A DNA stretch of 64,000 nucleotides from assembly GCF_046119375.1 (NCBI RefSeq), contig NW_027362767.1:260648001-260712000 (forward strand). Reading direction: 5' to 3'. The notes beneath the pieces were generated by a model. It saw only the letters and a program-made list of their open reading frames with translations. It did no database searches and was not told the origin of the DNA. Within the stretch, counting starts at the first letter, position 1. The number at the start of each line of letters is the position of its first letter. The translations under genes and the position numbers were made by a program. Positions 61,012 through 64,000 of this stretch are shown piece by piece. The stretch is from Phyllobates terribilis (Eukaryota).

Positions 61012-62142
61012 TAAATATGGTTTAGTCACATTGCTGGATTAAAGGGGCTCTCCACTTAGACCACTCTCTGCATGTTAGTAAGACAAGATCACAGAAAGTC
61101 ATGGTGCAGGCACCCCTAATGATAAGTAGCCGATTTTGCTGTAGCGCCACCACAGGTGGAATGAAGCATTACACAGTGTTCATTGTCAGTAGTGGTCAGA
61201 CTGTTAATATATTGTTATGCCAGGGACAGAGAAGCTCTGTGCTTTATACTCTCTGGCCAGCAGAGGTCAGTGTCGCCCATCGCTGCTTCCGATGCTATCA
61301 CGTTGCGCCATTTACAGGCAGGTGTCACTCAATGTTTTGTCCATTGGGGAATTTGGGCGTCACTACGTGACATCAGTGGCATTGTACGCAGTTAATACAA
61401 GCCCAGGGCTAAATATACAGTAGGTGACATTGTATTCTGGTAGGAAATGCAGCACACATTTTTATTGTGCAGCTTGGAGAAAACCACCAGGAATATGATG
61501 AAAACTATGCTATGGCCGGCCACGTAACCTTACAATGACCTCCAGTCAACTCCAAATCTGCATTCAGAATCCTGGAGACCAGTGCATGGTGGGAGCTAAA
61601 AAACTGATGACTGCTGCTTTGGTTGTGACTGGAGAAATAACACATGATGTAGTGTGTGGCTGTGTCGGTACTCGTGATGGTTTTGGCTCGCCGTCCATTT
61701 AATCAGCTATGATGATATCTAGCTCCCTTTTATGACTTGCATTCCTGATCTTCGCGTGCGACCTTGGTGGCATTATGTGCAGGAAATGTCGAGGTTTATT
61801 GTTGCAACAGATCTTTACGATTGGGTGGAAAGTACACAGAACCGGGAAGTGGAGCCCATAATAGCAGCAGGGATGTTACACTCGTGGTGTTATCACAGAG
61901 GAGGTGGACTGTGGACTCAAGGGGTCCACCCGATGGGCAGTATCGGACCAGCACCTAATGGAGGTAGAAGAGCCGGACACCATTACGCTGTGCTGCTGGA
62001 GGTCCTGCCCCACCCAATATCAAAATGAAACTTCTCACTTGACTCCTTACACTCATACTAAAATACTTTGTGCTGCTAGAGGACCCTCCATCGTCAAATA
62101 TCAAAATGAAATTTCATTCTACTCCTTACATCATTACACATA

Positions 62143-63755
62143 CAGTGGGTACAGAAAGTATTCAGACCCCTTTCAATTTTTCACTTTGTTTCATTGCAGC
62201 CATTTTGTAAATTCTAAAAACTTCATTTTTTTCTCATTAATGTACACTCTGCACCCCCCATCTTGACTGAAAAATACAGAAATGTAGAAATTTTTGCAAA
62301 TGTATTAAAGAAAAACTGAAATCACATGGTCATAAGTATTCAGACCCTTTGCTCAGACACTCATATTTAAGTCACATGCTGTCCATTTCCTTGTGATCCT
62401 CCTTGAGATGGTTCTACTCCTTCATTGGAGTCCAGCCGTGTTTAATTAAACTGATAGGACTTGATTTGGAAAGGCACACACCTGTCTATATAAGACCTCA
62501 CAGCTCACAGTGCATGTCAGACCAAATGAGAATCATGAGCTCAAAGGAACTGCCCAAGGAGCTCAGAGACAGAATTGTGGCAAGGCCCAGATCTGGCCAA
62601 GGTTACAAAAGAATTTCTGCATTACTTAAGGTTCCTAAGAGCACAGTGGCCTCCATAATCCTTAAATAGAAGAAGTTTGGGACCACCAGAAGTCTTCCTA
62701 GACCTGGCCATCCAGCCAAACTGAGCAATTGTGGGAGAAGAGCCTTGGTGAAAGGTAAAGAAGAACACCAAGATCACTGTGGCTGAGCTCCAGATATGCA
62801 GTAGGGAGATGGGAGAAAGTTTCACAAAGTCAACTATCACTGCAGCCCTCCACCAGTCGGGCCTATATGGCAGAGTGGCCTGACGCAAGCCTCGCCTCAG
62901 TGCAAGACATATGAAAGCCCGCATAGAGTTTGCTCAAAAACACATGAAGGACTCCCAGACTGAGAAATAAGATTCTCTGGTCTGATGAGACGAAGACAGA
63001 ACTTTTTGGTGATAATTCTAAGAGGTATGTGTGGAGAAAACCAGGCACTGCTCATCACCTGCCCAAAACAATCCCAACAGTGAAACATGGTGGTGGCAGC
63101 ATCATGCTATGGGGGTGTTTTTCAGCTGCAGGGACAGGACAACTGGTTGCAATTGAAGGAAACATGAATGCTGCCAAGTACAGAGATATCTTGGATGAAA
63201 ACCTCTTCCAGAGTGCTCTGGACCTCAGACTTGGCCGAAGATTCACCTGCCAACAAGTCAATGACCCTAAGCACACCGCTAAAATAACAAAGGAGTGGCT
63301 TCAGAACAACTCTGTGACCATTCTTGACTGGCCCAGCCAGAGCCCTGACCTCAACCCAATTGAGCATCTCTGGAGAGACCTGAAAATGGCTGTTCACCAA
63401 CGTTCACCATCCAACCTGACGGAACTGGAGAGGATCTGAAAGGAAGAATGGCAGAGGATCCCCAAATCCAGGTGTAAAAACTTGTTGCATCATTCCCAAG
63501 AAGACTCATGGCTGTACTAGCTCAAAAGGGGGCTTCTACTCAATACTGAGCAAATGGTCTGAATACTTATGACCATGTGATATGTTTTTCTTTAATAAAT
63601 TTGCAAAAAATTCTACATCTGTTTTTTTTCAGTCAAGATGGGGTGCAGAGTGTACTTCAATGAGAAAAAAAAAATGAACTTTAAATTTTTCACTCTGTTT
63701 CATTGCAGACATTTGGTAAATTCTAAAGGGGTCTAAATACTTTCCATACCCACTG
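62143..63755 (+). mobile_element. Full-length Tc1/mariner element, disrupted transposase
   Basis: TA|CAGTGGGTACAGAAAGTATTCAGACCCC ... GGGGTCTAAATACTTTCCATACCCACTG|TA. Motifs [15 protein letters not shown] and PSQSPDLNPIEHLW. Confidence 0.95.
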
Positions 63756-64000
63756 TATGTCCTGAAATGCTCTGGGGTGCACTTTTCTTTCCACTGTAGG
63801 TCTGTTTATCCCTTTCACTTCATGACATAATCCCATTAGTTTACAGTAGATAAGATTACACTTAGCTACTGCAATACTCTATGTTGCTGGGGCCCAGCAC
63901 CTTCTACTATCGGTCTGTATTTTCCCACATCATAGTACTGCCTCATTACATGCAGCTCTGTCCTAGCCAACCTCATTACAATAATCACTGCCCTCTTAAC

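Noticed and set aside
61730-62270. Overlapping 64-120-aa ORFs upstream of the last Tc1
   Set aside because: No recognisable motif or splice structure. Likely decayed repeat.

Overview
Repeat-rich vertebrate genomic DNA, most likely a neobatrachian frog (inferred from the transposon and minisatellite families). It is orthologous to the human 9q34.3 TMEM203-NDOR1-RNF208 neighbourhood. Genes: a complete 15-exon NDOR1 (minus, 33346-45521) head-to-head with TMEM203 (plus, CDS 55326-55733); two single-exon RING-HC genes (24942-25520 plus; 29804-30793 minus, with a C-terminal TM segment); and one isolated 72-bp LGI2-type LRR exon (7578-7649) with no neighbouring exon found. The rest is mobile DNA and tandem repeats: a young Penelope-like retroelement (PLE) with an uninterrupted 896-codon RT+GIY-YIG ORF and a 1.3-kb inverted arm, an old PLE broken by four MITEs, five disrupted Tc1/mariner copies, an L2 fragment, hAT, PIF/Harbinger and Kolobok-type MITEs, and about ten minisatellite or satellite arrays. 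The most notable signals are: three PLE-associated hammerhead ribozyme motifs with different cores (canonical minimal, A3-U8 covariant, U4A); a recurring fold-back architecture of PLE-derived insertions, two with 14-bp target-site duplications; an NDOR1 whose ancestral start position reads ACG and is apparently rescued by an upstream micro-exon; the orphan LGI2 exon; and a satellite that has captured promoter-flanking sequence. All alignments were done by eye, with no database searches.
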